Source of the DNA: an uncultured Chlamydiales bacterium
GTDB lineage: Bacteria > Chlamydiota > Chlamydiia > Chlamydiales > JAAKFR01
Assembly (NCBI GenBank): GCA_963748195.1
Contig: CAVVHU010000011.1
Location: 28,923-92,922, forward strand
Length of the DNA: 64,000 nt
Direction of reading: 5' to 3'
Positions 27,687 to 39,460 of the stretch are shown piece by piece. A program made the position numbers and the translations under genes. Under the pieces are notes generated by a model. That model was not told the origin of the DNA and did no database searches. It was given only the letters and a program-made list of their open reading frames with translations. How positions within the stretch are numbered: position 1 is the first letter of the stretch; the number at the start of each line of letters is the position of its first letter.

Positions 27687-29156
27687 ATGAAGACATTACA
27701 TTACATTTTCGTGATCTTGATTCTCCCAATCAAAGTTTTCTGCGCAGATCTCGATGCTCTCGACAGGTTTATCCAACAAGCACTTAAAGAATGGAATGTG
27801 CCTGGGGCTGCAGTCTCTGTAGTAGAAAGCGATAAAGTTCTCCTTTCTAAAGGATATGGAGTTATCCGGATCAACACCTCCGATCAGGTTGATGAGAATA
27901 CGATTTTTCAGCTCGCATCGGTTACAAAAACCTTTACCGCTGCAGCGCTCGCTCTCCAAGTCGATCGAGAAGCGTTACAATGGGAAGATGAAATCATCCG
28001 CCATCTTCCCGCATTTGCTCTGAAAGATCCCTATCCCACACGTTACGCTAATTGCATCGACTTGCTGGCACACAGGACAGGACTTCCAGCCTTCGGAGGC
28101 GACCTGCTCGGCAAACTTGGGTATAGTTCAGACGAAATTCTGTATAAAATACGGTTTGTGGAACCTGCCACAAGTTTTCGCAACCGCGCCTACTACTCAA
28201 ATCTCGGCTATTTTGCAGCTGGAGAGCTTTTAGGAAAAGTAACGAGCAGTTCCTGGGAAGAAGCTGTGCGCAACACCCTCCTTATTCCTCTAAAAATGGA
28301 ACGCTCTGGCTTTGCGGAAAATCTCGATAAAAAAAATGTTGCTTATGCCCACGCAATAATAGATGGAACAGTAAAAACGATTCCTTGGGACCCGACAGGA
28401 GGTTTTCCAGCAGCGGGAGCGATCACTTCGACAGCCGCAGATATGGCCAAATGGATGGCTCTTTTTTTACAGAATGGAAAGAGCTTGCTCAAACCGGAAA
28501 CTGTGCAAAAGCTTCTTGAGCCCGCAATGGTAGGCGAAGTCTCATTTTCCGAAGCGCCCCCGATTGATGAGAATTCTAGTTTTTGTTTTTCCCTTGGATG
28601 GGATAACTACCACTATCAAGACCAATTGATCGTAGAAAAGGGGGGCGGACTGGATGGAATTAGAACTGTTGTCACCTTAATCCCCGAGTTAAAAGTAGGG
28701 ATCACGATTTTATGCAATCTCAACCTTACCTTTTTTCCTGAAGCCGTGCGGACAAAATTTCTCGAGCTTTATGCAGGAAAAAGCGATCGAGATCTACAAA
28801 GCGAAATAAGGGAGCGTAGCGAAGAACTATCCAAAATCATCGCCTCGCCTAAAAAACCAACTTCGCCTTTACCAGGCTTACCCTTCAAGGACTACAATGG
28901 GGTTTTTGTCAGCGAGCTTTACGGCACATTTGAAGTAACAGGAGATAAAAATCCGCTTACAGTTAAAGCCGGCCCAGGATCATTTACGGGAACACTGGAA
29001 CATTGGAGCAATAACACCTTTCTATTGCATTGGCCTGTAATCAATAGCGGTTATGAACTTGTAACCTTTACCTTTGGCCCTGAGGGAAAACCTACTAGCA
29101 TGCAAACAGAAGCGCTCGGCACATTTACAAAAATTGCCCATACTGAGAGGGATTGA
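27687..29156 (+). CDS. Secreted serine hydrolase, beta-lactamase class C / PBP-like, with a DUF3471-like tail
   Basis: Signal peptide, SVTK (SxxK), LLAHRTG, YSN and KGG motifs; start re-placed at MKTLHY. Confidence 0.88.
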   Translation: MKTLHYIFVILILPIKVFCADLDALDRFIQQALKEWNVPGAAVSVVESDKVLLSKGYGVIRINTSDQVDENTIFQLASVTKTFTAAALALQVDREALQWEDEIIRHLPAFALKDPYPTRYANCIDLLAHRTGLPAFGGDLLGKLGYSSDEILYKIRFVEPATSFRNRAYYSNLGYFAAGELLGKVTSSSWEEAVRNTLLIPLKMERSGFAENLDKKNVAYAHAIIDGTVKTIPWDPTGGFPAAGAITSTAADMAKWMALFLQNGKSLLKPETVQKLLEPAMVGEVSFSEAPPIDENSSFCFSLGWDNYHYQDQLIVEKGGGLDGIRTVVTLIPELKVGITILCNLNLTFFPEAVRTKFLELYAGKSDRDLQSEIRERSEELSKIIASPKKPTSPLPGLPFKDYNGVFVSELYGTFEVTGDKNPLTVKAGPGSFTGTLEHWSNNTFLLHWPVINSGYELVTFTFGPEGKPTSMQTEALGTFTKIAHTERD

Positions 29157-31932
29157 TATACAATCCCCACTCTTGGCGATCGAGTCCGTTCAAATATCTG
29201 CGCCAAATTGAAATCGGCCGCCCCTCGCTTCCACAGTCATCAAACCGCCAAAAATCCAACTCCCCAGTCCCGGGATTCACTGTAAAGCCAAAGGTGTTTT
29301 TAACCCAGTTTGTATCGGCAACTAAAATTGGTTCCGGGTATGCTAACTTATTTGCCTGCATCACTTCTGTTATCTTTTGATGAAAAGGGATAGCTGTCCG
29401 GGTACTTCCAAATACGTCTATCAACAAAGCTTTGGCTATTTTTCTTAAGTCCTTTGCAGAAAATGTTCGATATCTGCCTGCGTCCAACTGTTCTATACGC
29501 TTTAAAAGCTCCTTTTGCCGAATCATGTCGATCTCTTCGATTGCATCAAAAATCGTCTTGAGATGGTCTTTTAAGGCGTGCTCAGGAAAAAACGGTAGGC
29601 ACTGATATAAAATACTGTCAAGTTGCTCTTCAATGAATACAAGCTGATTCGCTCCCCGCACCCATTTCTCGTAGGCCAGTGTTTTAATCACATAGGCGCG
29701 AAACTCATCTGAGCGCATCGGCAAAGGAAAACTCTTAAAAGCATTTCTGACTAAAGCTCGGTAGCCACGCGGTATAAACAAGAGCAATTCGTCAATAAGA
29801 TAATCCATCATTCGACTATCTAAAATATGGTCATCAAGAAAATTGAGTTGCGGGTGGTGCCAGCGATCTCTAATCCAAGTATAGGTGTACATACGGCTCT
29901 CCCAAGCCTTGCGAAAGAGCTTCCACCCCGGTTTACATATGAATGCATGGGTAGGAGAGAAAGCTAGAAGAGAAAATTCGGGTTCTTTCTGAAAGAGCTC
30001 CTGGATACTTAGTGGAAGCTCTTTTAACATGTCGATATAAAATGCAAGCAGCTCGTTTACACTCTCAACCCACCTTTTAGCCTCTTTAGGTTTATTGTGA
30101 ATCCCATAATAACAGCTCACAAGCGTTCCCATCGTGCCTCCTGAGACATAGGCCCAAGGCTTTCTTTTTACCTTAGCAAGATTCTCTATAGGATTTTTTA
30201 TGAGCGGCTCATTATAAACTCTTGCCAGGCGGAAAAAAGAGGTTTCGATAAACTCAGGGCGCTTTATGGTTGCAATGCAAGTGGTTACAAGCTCGGAAAT
30301 TTCTTTGTCAAGACCCTCTGTTTCAGGAAGTTGACTCAACTCATTTTCAGTGGAGTTAAAAAATGCGCTTAAGTGCTGGATATACTCTTCGGCTGAGTTT
30401 ACCATTGTCCAAAGCGAAGGATTAGACCTGCCATATTTGTAGAGTAGGCGAAATCCCGCCGGACTATCGTCATAGGGATTTGTCGTCACATCATGCATAC
30501 CGGGATCATATACCTCCTGAAAATAATCCCGGATTTTTTGCCCATAAAAGTCGACCATGACAGGCAAAATGTTGGAAAGTCGACGCCCTTTTTCATGCAT
30601 GTCCTCGTAATCTGCTTGTAAGCGGTCAAGGTCTTGGCGATGCATCCTGTACTCGGCACGCAGCCACTCTGCCTCGCTTGTAGAAGAGGCGCGCTGTAAC
30701 CTCCCTTGAAGAGAATTAACATGCGCAACGAGATGATCATAACGAGATTGAATAGCTTCGACTTCGACATTTATCCGTTCAATCAGCCCTTGTATCTGCT
30801 TGTAGAGGCTCTCTCCAATACCGTGAGGTTCATCGGAGTTAACACCTAAGCTGGCATAAATATTCCACTTCGCAAAATCGGCTTTAGACTCCGATAGGGA
30901 GGCCAAAGAGAACTCCCATGCTTTAAGAAGAGCGTTGTCTGTGAGTGCGACAAACGCTTTTTTAGCCAGTTCATAGTCTTGGATAAATCGCTCGCAAGAG
31001 CGCCTTGCGCCTGTTTGAAGATGGGAGGTTTGAATCACAACCTCTCCCACAACACCTTCTAGAGGTTGCTCACGATAGTTTCGAATATCTTCTTCGGTTA
31101 CCCCATGAACATTCAAAAAATGGGCTTTGATGATGTCGTCCGCAGTAAAATAGGCAAAAGAATTTTCTTCATCGAACCAATTTCCAATCTCGTGAATCGA
31201 AGCCGCCTTTAACCCAGGAGAACGAAGAAGTATCTCTTTGTTAGCAGTAGCATGAGAAATGGGTTTAAAAAGATCACCCACTCCCCAGTTCACGCTTAAT
31301 GGAACAGCATATTCGACACCCTCATAAATGCGGCTGAGCTGTCCTGTGCCAAGCAATTGCCCCATATCAGCTAAAAACTGCAAAGGTTGGTCGCGTTGAA
31401 TCATGATCGCAGGAGCTGTGGCAAAACAAGATCCAACATTTTGCCTTAAATAGGTCAAAAGGGCTGCAAGAACCGCTTTTCTTGCATGCGCATGGGTCAC
31501 TTTTTCGCCTTGCTCGAGATGGAGCGTGTCGCGAATGAGTTGCAACGCCCCTGAATTCATTTCGGGGAGGCTAATGCGCCGCAATGCATCACCATAAGCT
31601 TGTTCGGATGAAAAATGCTTCAATATTTTAAGGCAATGAGAGAGACGGACACTATCATGATATCGATTGGGGCCAAGAGAGTGAAGATTCTCTTCTAAAA
31701 TCGTAATCGCTCTTTTTAAAGATCGCCTATTCAAGGCTCCGTTTTCATCGATAAGCTCGCCAGCTAATAGGCGTGCCATTTGGACATTGCGCCAAGACCA
31801 GCTATCTTGGATCTGTGTCAGATCGAAGTCCCGACACAGCGCGACGTTTTCATCGCAAAGAATCTCTTCAAGAGCATCCTCATAATGAGCTGATCGAGCT
31901 GTTTTCTCAAAAATCTCTTCTAGCAAGATCAC
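29125..31932 (-). CDS. Conserved chlamydial hypothetical protein (CT590-like)
   Basis: 935-aa ORF with LRQNVGSCFATAPAI, directly downstream of two RsbU-like genes, as for CT588-590 (recalled). Confidence 0.7.
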   Translation of the reverse strand: MILLEEIFEKTARSAHYEDALEEILCDENVALCRDFDLTQIQDSWSWRNVQMARLLAGELIDENGALNRRSLKRAITILEENLHSLGPNRYHDSVRLSHCLKILKHFSSEQAYGDALRRISLPEMNSGALQLIRDTLHLEQGEKVTHAHARKAVLAALLTYLRQNVGSCFATAPAIMIQRDQPLQFLADMGQLLGTGQLSRIYEGVEYAVPLSVNWGVGDLFKPISHATANKEILLRSPGLKAASIHEIGNWFDEENSFAYFTADDIIKAHFLNVHGVTEEDIRNYREQPLEGVVGEVVIQTSHLQTGARRSCERFIQDYELAKKAFVALTDNALLKAWEFSLASLSESKADFAKWNIYASLGVNSDEPHGIGESLYKQIQGLIERINVEVEAIQSRYDHLVAHVNSLQGRLQRASSTSEAEWLRAEYRMHRQDLDRLQADYEDMHEKGRRLSNILPVMVDFYGQKIRDYFQEVYDPGMHDVTTNPYDDSPAGFRLLYKYGRSNPSLWTMVNSAEEYIQHLSAFFNSTENELSQLPETEGLDKEISELVTTCIATIKRPEFIETSFFRLARVYNEPLIKNPIENLAKVKRKPWAYVSGGTMGTLVSCYYGIHNKPKEAKRWVESVNELLAFYIDMLKELPLSIQELFQKEPEFSLLAFSPTHAFICKPGWKLFRKAWESRMYTYTWIRDRWHHPQLNFLDDHILDSRMMDYLIDELLLFIPRGYRALVRNAFKSFPLPMRSDEFRAYVIKTLAYEKWVRGANQLVFIEEQLDSILYQCLPFFPEHALKDHLKTIFDAIEEIDMIRQKELLKRIEQLDAGRYRTFSAKDLRKIAKALLIDVFGSTRTAIPFHQKITEVMQANKLAYPEPILVADTNWVKNTFGFTVNPGTGELDFWRFDDCGSEGRPISIWRRYLNGLDRQEWGLYINPSQYGQFL

Positions 31933-33848
31933 GCATCTACCTTTAGTGCGACAATTATGACTTCTTCTTCCTGTGGAACATTTCCTATAAAAGCTTGAAC
32001 TTCAGCAGATAGTTCATCTACAACATCTTGAGCTGTCATCCACTCTCTTTTTACCAAGCTCCCTTTCAACCGACTGACTGAGAAAGGCTCATTTTTTTCA
32101 TTCACTGAATCGGTGAGTCCATCTGTGAAGAATACGACCACATCATCTTTCTCAAGTTGAATTGAACTTGAAGGATACCCCTCAGATTTTTTAAGACCCA
32201 ACGCAATCCCTGAATGCTCAAGCTCAACTAAAGTTCCATTTGCTCTGCGAACAATGGGAGGGGGATGGCCACAAGAGTAGTATGACAATAGTTTGGATTC
32301 AGAATGATATACACCGTTAAACATCGTCATAAACATCCCTGTCTCACCCGCATCTACAAGAAAAGCATTATTAGTAAGCTTTAGAACCTCTCCTGGATCA
32401 TCTCTCATAGTCGCATAAGAACGGAGCAAACTACGTGCAGAAAGTGAATATAAACAAGTTGAAATTCCTTTTCCGGCCGCGTCTGCTACGGTGATAAACA
32501 ATACCTCCTCGCCATTTGTAGTGATGCGAGGAGTATAGCTATAAAAATCCCCTCCTGCTTCTATCGCTGGCAAATAGTTCCCAGCTATCTCTGCCCCTTT
32601 TATTGCGGGAACCATGGAAGGGAGCAAACTACGTTGCACTTGTTGCCCAATTGCAACTTCTCTTTGATATGTTTCTTTTTTGACACGCTCATCTTCAGCT
32701 TTTTGAATGTTGTCAAGCAAAGTGGTTAGAGTGTTGTTGAATATTTCACCCAAAATATTGATCTCAAATCCAAGAGGTTCTTTCTCAAATCGTACATCGA
32801 GATTCCCCTGCTTTACCTCTCCCATGAGAGAGGAAAGCTTCCGCAAAGGACGGGAAATCAATAAGGAGAGCCAATACGCTACCCCACCACCTAGGACCAA
32901 GATCAGGCCGTAGATGCAATAGATGAACAAAAAGTGGCGCACTGCTTTTCCAAAAAGCTGTTCCTTAGAAGAGTAGGAAACAACAGATATTCCAATATCC
33001 TGGATATTTGCCCGATATCCTATCTGCACTTGATCGTCAAAGATGAACTCAAAAAATGGAAGGTCGTTTCCCCTAACAATAGGAATTTTTTCGAGCGACA
33101 TTTTTTCTTTTTCCATTTGGAGTAATTCTAAAACCTCTTTCTTGCGCTCAGCTGAAATTGGATCAAAAAACTTCCCGACTAATTTCGATTCAGTCGCAGC
33201 AAAAACGATCCCGTCGGAATTCAAAACAGCGTATTTAATTTGGTTGCTTTGCCCTCTTTCAGAAAGAACAGATGCCAATTGATTTTCGATATTGGCTGCA
33301 ACAAGCAGAATGCCAATCGGTTTCCCTGTCTCGTGTGAAATAATGCTTCTGGCCACAAAAACAAAAGGTACGTATTTCTGCTCTTCTTCCGAAAAGAGAT
33401 AACGCACAAAACTCCCTTTTCCTTGAGCAAGTACTTCTGGAAGCTTGATATAGCTTGTTATCATTGTTCCTATATAGGAAGGCCTGCTTCCGGCAATAAT
33501 TTTGAATACATCGTTATGGCCTAGATCTAGGACAAAGATCTCAAAACTACCACCCACGTGAGCCACTTTTGCAAGCTCAAGGCTCAACTTCGTATGATCC
33601 TCTGTAGCAAGCTTTTTATCTAAATCGAGGAAGTAGTGGAGTTCACGAAGGAGTACCTGTTTTACCGGTTGGATCTCAGAGAGTGTGAATGTGCGGAAAT
33701 TGGCAGCTTGTCGTAAATCGGTTTTTGCATCATTGATGGAATCATCATATGAGTTTTGAAAAAAGATAAAAGAGTCGATTAAAAGCGGCAACGCGAGAAC
33801 CAAAAAACTGACAACTAGAACGCGAAGTGTAAAAGATTGCTTAATCAT
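31929..33848 (-). CDS. RsbU-like membrane sensor with HAMP and SpoIIE/PP2C domains, catalytic site degenerate (CT589-like)
   Basis: TM-sensor-TM-HAMP-PP2C layout; VADAAGKG and FTDGL present, but the terminal DD motif reads EEE. Confidence 0.85.
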   Translation of the reverse strand: MIKQSFTLRVLVVSFLVLALPLLIDSFIFFQNSYDDSINDAKTDLRQAANFRTFTLSEIQPVKQVLLRELHYFLDLDKKLATEDHTKLSLELAKVAHVGGSFEIFVLDLGHNDVFKIIAGSRPSYIGTMITSYIKLPEVLAQGKGSFVRYLFSEEEQKYVPFVFVARSIISHETGKPIGILLVAANIENQLASVLSERGQSNQIKYAVLNSDGIVFAATESKLVGKFFDPISAERKKEVLELLQMEKEKMSLEKIPIVRGNDLPFFEFIFDDQVQIGYRANIQDIGISVVSYSSKEQLFGKAVRHFLFIYCIYGLILVLGGGVAYWLSLLISRPLRKLSSLMGEVKQGNLDVRFEKEPLGFEINILGEIFNNTLTTLLDNIQKAEDERVKKETYQREVAIGQQVQRSLLPSMVPAIKGAEIAGNYLPAIEAGGDFYSYTPRITTNGEEVLFITVADAAGKGISTCLYSLSARSLLRSYATMRDDPGEVLKLTNNAFLVDAGETGMFMTMFNGVYHSESKLLSYYSCGHPPPIVRRANGTLVELEHSGIALGLKKSEGYPSSSIQLEKDDVVVFFTDGLTDSVNEKNEPFSVSRLKGSLVKREWMTAQDVVDELSAEVQAFIGNVPQEEEVIIVALKVDA

Positions 33849-33853
33849 CTTCT

Positions 33854-35779
33854 CTATCTTACCTTCATTATCAACAAAGTGATATCATCATGCTGCGGAG
33901 CCTTCCCAACAAAACGATTCACATCTTCCACGATGAGGTGAGCAAGTTCGGATGCACCTTTTTCTCCCTCGCTCCTCACCAAATGGATCAACCGGTCTTC
34001 TTCATAAAGCTCGAACTCTTCATTATGAGCCTCAGTGACCCCATCTGTGTAAAGGACGATTGTATCTCCAGGATTCAGCTGCACAACTTCTGCAGTCTCC
34101 TCTCCTGTTTCTAGAACACCCATTGCAATCCCATGCTGGCGCAAAACATCAATACTTCCATCCTTCCTCCGTACAAGAGGAGCGTTGTGACCTGCAGAGT
34201 AATATTTAAACTCTTTAGTCATCCGATCAAAGATTCCCATTAATACAGTGACAAACATTCCAGTCTCGCCTGTATCGAGACGGAAAAGATTGTTGGTCGC
34301 CGACATTGCCATCCCCACATCATCGTACTCTTTCACATAGGTACGGAGCATATTGCGAACGCTTAATGAGTAGAAGCAAGCCTGAACCCCCTTGCCTGAT
34401 GCATCTGCTACTGCTAGCACGAGTTGAGATGGGCCCCCCGCGCGTTCCTTAACAAAGACATCGTAAAAATCCCCTCCTACTTCCTTTGCAGGAATATAGA
34501 TTTCCGCGATATCAACACCAGGATATTCCGGCATTGTTTGAGGCAGAAGGCTGAGCTGCACTTGCTGTCCCAGTTTTAATTCCTGCGCAAAAGTCTCCTG
34601 CTTGACCCTCTCCTCTTCCGCAACTTTTTTCTGCTCCAATAGCGCATCGACCATCTGGTTAAATACATGGCCTAAATCGTTGATCTCAAATCCTAAAATA
34701 TCATGCTTATAACGAAGATCCACATCCCCTTTCTGAATCTCTTGCATCACCAAACTTAAGTTACGTATCGGCTTTGCCATGCGCCGCGTCACAAAGTAGG
34801 CTACTCCCCCTCCCACAATCAATATGAAGCCATAGATACTATAAATATTGAAAAATGTAGAGAATGGAGAGCGAAAAATTTCACTCTTTGCCGCATATGT
34901 CAAGAGAGAAAAATTGGCACCCGAAAGCTGTTTCACATAGCCAACCTGCTCCACTCCTTTCCACTCAAACTCCATGAAGGGATACCCAATCGTCGTATCA
35001 ACGCTAATCGGATTCTCAGCAAGAGAATTGGCAGCTATTGGCTCCTCCCTTAGAAAAAGACGTCTATATTCAGCCTCTAAGGGAAGAAAATACTGGAACC
35101 GCAAAGCGGGGTCTGTTGCTGCAAACACAATGCTCGAGGGGAGGAGAAGGGCAAAATTAACCGGATATTCTGTATTGACTTGTTGAAGCAAATTTTTGAG
35201 TTTATATGTAATATCGGACGAAACAACCAAAACACCTATAGGTTTCTGATCTTTAATAGAATAGATCAATTGAGCTACAATAAAATATGGTTCGCCGGTA
35301 GCGCTATTATATGAGATATAGCTATTATAGCCTTTTTGAAACTCATTGGTTTGAGAAAAATTATACAGATGGAAAAAGTCAGTATAATTTCTACCCACAA
35401 ATTCAGGAAGGTTGGAAGCTGTTACAAGATATTGGTCCTTTTTAGTAATATCGATGAGAAAAATACCCGAAAAGCGTCCAATTTCTACGATCTTTTTGAG
35501 TTCATCTTCGAGATTTTTATCCATTTCTTTTGGAAAATGAGCTGGTAGATCTAAATAATAACTGATGACCTCCATAAGGGGCTGATTAAGAGGTTGGAGT
35601 TGGGCGAGAGGAAGCTCTCTCAGGTGAGCCACTTCGACAAGATAGCCTTTTGCATCTGCGATTGAGTGTTGATATCTCTTTTGAACAAGGATAAAGGAAT
35701 CAACTAAAAGGGGGAAGGCGAGTAGAATAAAACTCACACTGAGAAGGCGGAATCCGATTGATTTGCGAAACGGGATCAT
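33854..35779 (-). CDS. rsbU: RsbU-type PP2C/SpoIIE phosphatase with extracytoplasmic sensor and HAMP
   Basis: EVGGDFYD, VADASGKG, YTDGVTE and QHDDITL all intact. Confidence 0.9.
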   Translation of the reverse strand: MIPFRKSIGFRLLSVSFILLAFPLLVDSFILVQKRYQHSIADAKGYLVEVAHLRELPLAQLQPLNQPLMEVISYYLDLPAHFPKEMDKNLEDELKKIVEIGRFSGIFLIDITKKDQYLVTASNLPEFVGRNYTDFFHLYNFSQTNEFQKGYNSYISYNSATGEPYFIVAQLIYSIKDQKPIGVLVVSSDITYKLKNLLQQVNTEYPVNFALLLPSSIVFAATDPALRFQYFLPLEAEYRRLFLREEPIAANSLAENPISVDTTIGYPFMEFEWKGVEQVGYVKQLSGANFSLLTYAAKSEIFRSPFSTFFNIYSIYGFILIVGGGVAYFVTRRMAKPIRNLSLVMQEIQKGDVDLRYKHDILGFEINDLGHVFNQMVDALLEQKKVAEEERVKQETFAQELKLGQQVQLSLLPQTMPEYPGVDIAEIYIPAKEVGGDFYDVFVKERAGGPSQLVLAVADASGKGVQACFYSLSVRNMLRTYVKEYDDVGMAMSATNNLFRLDTGETGMFVTVLMGIFDRMTKEFKYYSAGHNAPLVRRKDGSIDVLRQHGIAMGVLETGEETAEVVQLNPGDTIVLYTDGVTEAHNEEFELYEEDRLIHLVRSEGEKGASELAHLIVEDVNRFVGKAPQHDDITLLIMKVR

Positions 35780-35799
35780 ATTGCGGATAATAAAAATAA

Positions 35800-36531
35800 A
35801 TGTTTAAAGAAACACCTCAAAAAAAGATCTTAAGTCAACAAAACCCGATCATCAAGCATCTTGTCAAGTTGCGAATCGATTCCGGATACAGAAATGAGCA
35901 AAAAAGCGTACTTGTTTCCGGCGAAAAATTGGTGGCGGAGCTTAAATCGATCATTCCTCCTTTGCGCATTTTTACAGAAAGGCCCTACCCTTCAGATCAC
36001 ATCCTTGTATCCGAAACAGTGATGAAAAAAATCACAGGCCTCTCTTCCCCTGAGGGGATAGCGGCAGAATTTCCTCTTCCTCACTCTGCACTTAACTTAG
36101 AAGGTCCCTTGCTTGTGTTAGACAGGATCAATGATCCGGGAAATATGGGAACGTTGTTGCGCACCGCGCTCGCACTTGGATGGAAAGGGGTATTCTTCCT
36201 ACCAGGGTGTGTCGATCCTTTTCATGAAAAAGTGATCCGTTCCTCACGAGGGGCACTCTTTCGACTCCCTTGGAAAGAAGGGGGATGGGATGAGTTAAAA
36301 AAATTAAATTTTTCTGCTTATACAGCTGATATTGAAGGGCGCCCACTTGATGAAATTGAGCCGAAAAAAGATCTCATTTTAATCCTGAGCAATGAGGCTC
36401 AAGGGGTTTCTAAAGAGGGAGCTGCATTTGGAGAAAGAATTACGATTCCAATGAAGGGCGAAATGGAGTCGTTGAACGTTGCTGTATCAGGAGGTATCAT
36501 GATGTACAAACTAGGTAAAATATTTGAGTAA
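35800..36531 (+). CDS. TrmH/SpoU family RNA methyltransferase
   Basis: LDRINDPGNMGTLLRTA, ILSNEAQG and MESLNVAVSG. Confidence 0.92.
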   Translation: MFKETPQKKILSQQNPIIKHLVKLRIDSGYRNEQKSVLVSGEKLVAELKSIIPPLRIFTERPYPSDHILVSETVMKKITGLSSPEGIAAEFPLPHSALNLEGPLLVLDRINDPGNMGTLLRTALALGWKGVFFLPGCVDPFHEKVIRSSRGALFRLPWKEGGWDELKKLNFSAYTADIEGRPLDEIEPKKDLILILSNEAQGVSKEGAAFGERITIPMKGEMESLNVAVSGGIMMYKLGKIFE

Positions 36532-37606
36532 GTTTTTCGAAGAAGAGGAATTTCCTGAAAGCCGAAAGGAGAGAAAAGAGGCGCGCAAGATCGCCTCTAA
36601 GCGGGATCGCTCCAAGTATAAAAAAACAGATCAGGCAAAACACACCAGGATGCAGAAGGAGAAGAGCGAAAAAAAACTCGCTAAACGGGGAGAGCTCTTG
36701 CGTGGAAGGGTGTTGGCAATTACCCCAGAAGGTATTTCGGTCCAACTGGAGAAAAACGTCTATATGTGTTCCCTGCGCGGGGTCTTAAAAAAAGAAACCA
36801 CCAGGGCAAAAAATCTCGTAACAGTTGGAGACTTCGTCCTTTTTGAGCTCGCCGCTGAGGGAGAAGGAGTGATTGCTCACGTTGAAGAGCGTTACTCTGT
36901 CCTCTCGCGGCAAGAACACCTACGGAGACATCAAAAGCAACTGATCGCAGCCAACATCGATCAAGTGCTAATCACTGTCTCCGTTGTACAACCCACCCTC
37001 AAACCCCATCTTGTCGATCGCTACCTTATCGCCACGTACAAAGGAAATATGAAGCCTGTGATCGTGATCAATAAAATCGACCTATTAGAAGAGGGAAGTG
37101 AAGAGGCAGCCCTTTATCACCAATTTCGGGAGGCATATGAGGCTTTAGGTATTCCTGTCATCCCTTTGAGCGCAGAAACTGGCGAGGGAATAGAGCAGCT
37201 AAAAGAGCAAATGAAAAACAAAGCCTCTGTTTTTTCGGGGCAATCGGGTGTGGGCAAGTCTTCGTTGATCAATACGATGACAGGTCTTTCGCTACCTATT
37301 GGCGAAGTTGTGAGGAAGACACTCAAAGGCGCGCACACAACCACAACGACACATTTGATTCCACTTCGTTTTGGCGGATGGTGCATCGATACCCCTGGAA
37401 TACGCAGTTTTGGAGTCTGGGATTTGAAAAAAGAAGATCTCGATGCTTATTTTCCGGAGATTCGCGAAGTGGGACTCAGTTGTAAATTCCCCGATTGCAC
37501 ACACTCGCACGAACCAGGCTGTGCAGTTAGTGAGGCAATAGAAAAGGGCACGATTTCATCCCTACGCTTTGACTCCTACCTCAAGTTCCTAGAGGAAATT
37601 GCTTGA
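36524..37606 (+). CDS. rsgA: Ribosome small subunit-dependent GTPase
   Basis: INKIDL, GQSGVGKSS, GAHTTT, DTPGIR and the C-terminal CKFPDCTHSHEPGC zinc finger. Confidence 0.96.
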   Translation: MSKFFEEEEFPESRKERKEARKIASKRDRSKYKKTDQAKHTRMQKEKSEKKLAKRGELLRGRVLAITPEGISVQLEKNVYMCSLRGVLKKETTRAKNLVTVGDFVLFELAAEGEGVIAHVEERYSVLSRQEHLRRHQKQLIAANIDQVLITVSVVQPTLKPHLVDRYLIATYKGNMKPVIVINKIDLLEEGSEEAALYHQFREAYEALGIPVIPLSAETGEGIEQLKEQMKNKASVFSGQSGVGKSSLINTMTGLSLPIGEVVRKTLKGAHTTTTTHLIPLRFGGWCIDTPGIRSFGVWDLKKEDLDAYFPEIREVGLSCKFPDCTHSHEPGCAVSEAIEKGTISSLRFDSYLKFLEEIA

Positions 37607-38105
37607 AGTACTCACGGATTTTTTGACGTGCATAGTGTAGGCGTGAACGCACTGTTCCATGAGGAATATTAAGCTCAGCGGCAATCTCCTTTTGAGGAAT
37701 ATGCTTTAAATCATACAACTCAAAAACAATGCGATGCTTCTCATCCAACACCTTCATCGCTTCCTCAACCTGCTCGAAAAACTCCTCCTCTTCGATCGAT
37801 CTCTCCTCTCCAGGAAGAATTTCCTCCTTAAGCGGCTCATCTTTGTGGAGCTTTTTCAGATAATTTAGAGAAAGATTATGCGCAATGCGCCACACCCAAG
37901 TGGAAAATTTCGACTTTTGCTTAAAAGAATCAAGATGTGCAAAAGCCTTCAAAAAAGTATCCTGCGCAAGATCCTCCGCTGCCCCTTCGTCCTGTACAAT
38001 TCTTAAACAATGATGATAAACACGCGCCCAATTTTCTTTGACAAGCTGATCCATCGCCTCCTTGTCGCCTTCCAAACAACGCGCTATGAGCTCCTTTTCC
38101 ATCAT
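37581..38105 (-). CDS. ECF-type RNA polymerase sigma factor
   Basis: [22 protein letters not shown] and [21 protein letters not shown]; start uncertain (38102-38123). Confidence 0.92.
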   Translation of the reverse strand: MMEKELIARCLEGDKEAMDQLVKENWARVYHHCLRIVQDEGAAEDLAQDTFLKAFAHLDSFKQKSKFSTWVWRIAHNLSLNYLKKLHKDEPLKEEILPGEERSIEEEEFFEQVEEAMKVLDEKHRIVFELYDLKHIPQKEIAAELNIPHGTVRSRLHYARQKIREYFKQFPLGT

Positions 38106-38160
38106 TGTGACTAATTCTAACAAATTCTATATTCAAACTCGAACTGCAAATGGGAGAAAT

Positions 38161-39404
<1,244 letters not shown>

Positions 39405-39460
39405 ATAGAGTTTTTTAATTATTTCAACTAATTTGTTAAAATTAGTTTGAGGTAATTGAT

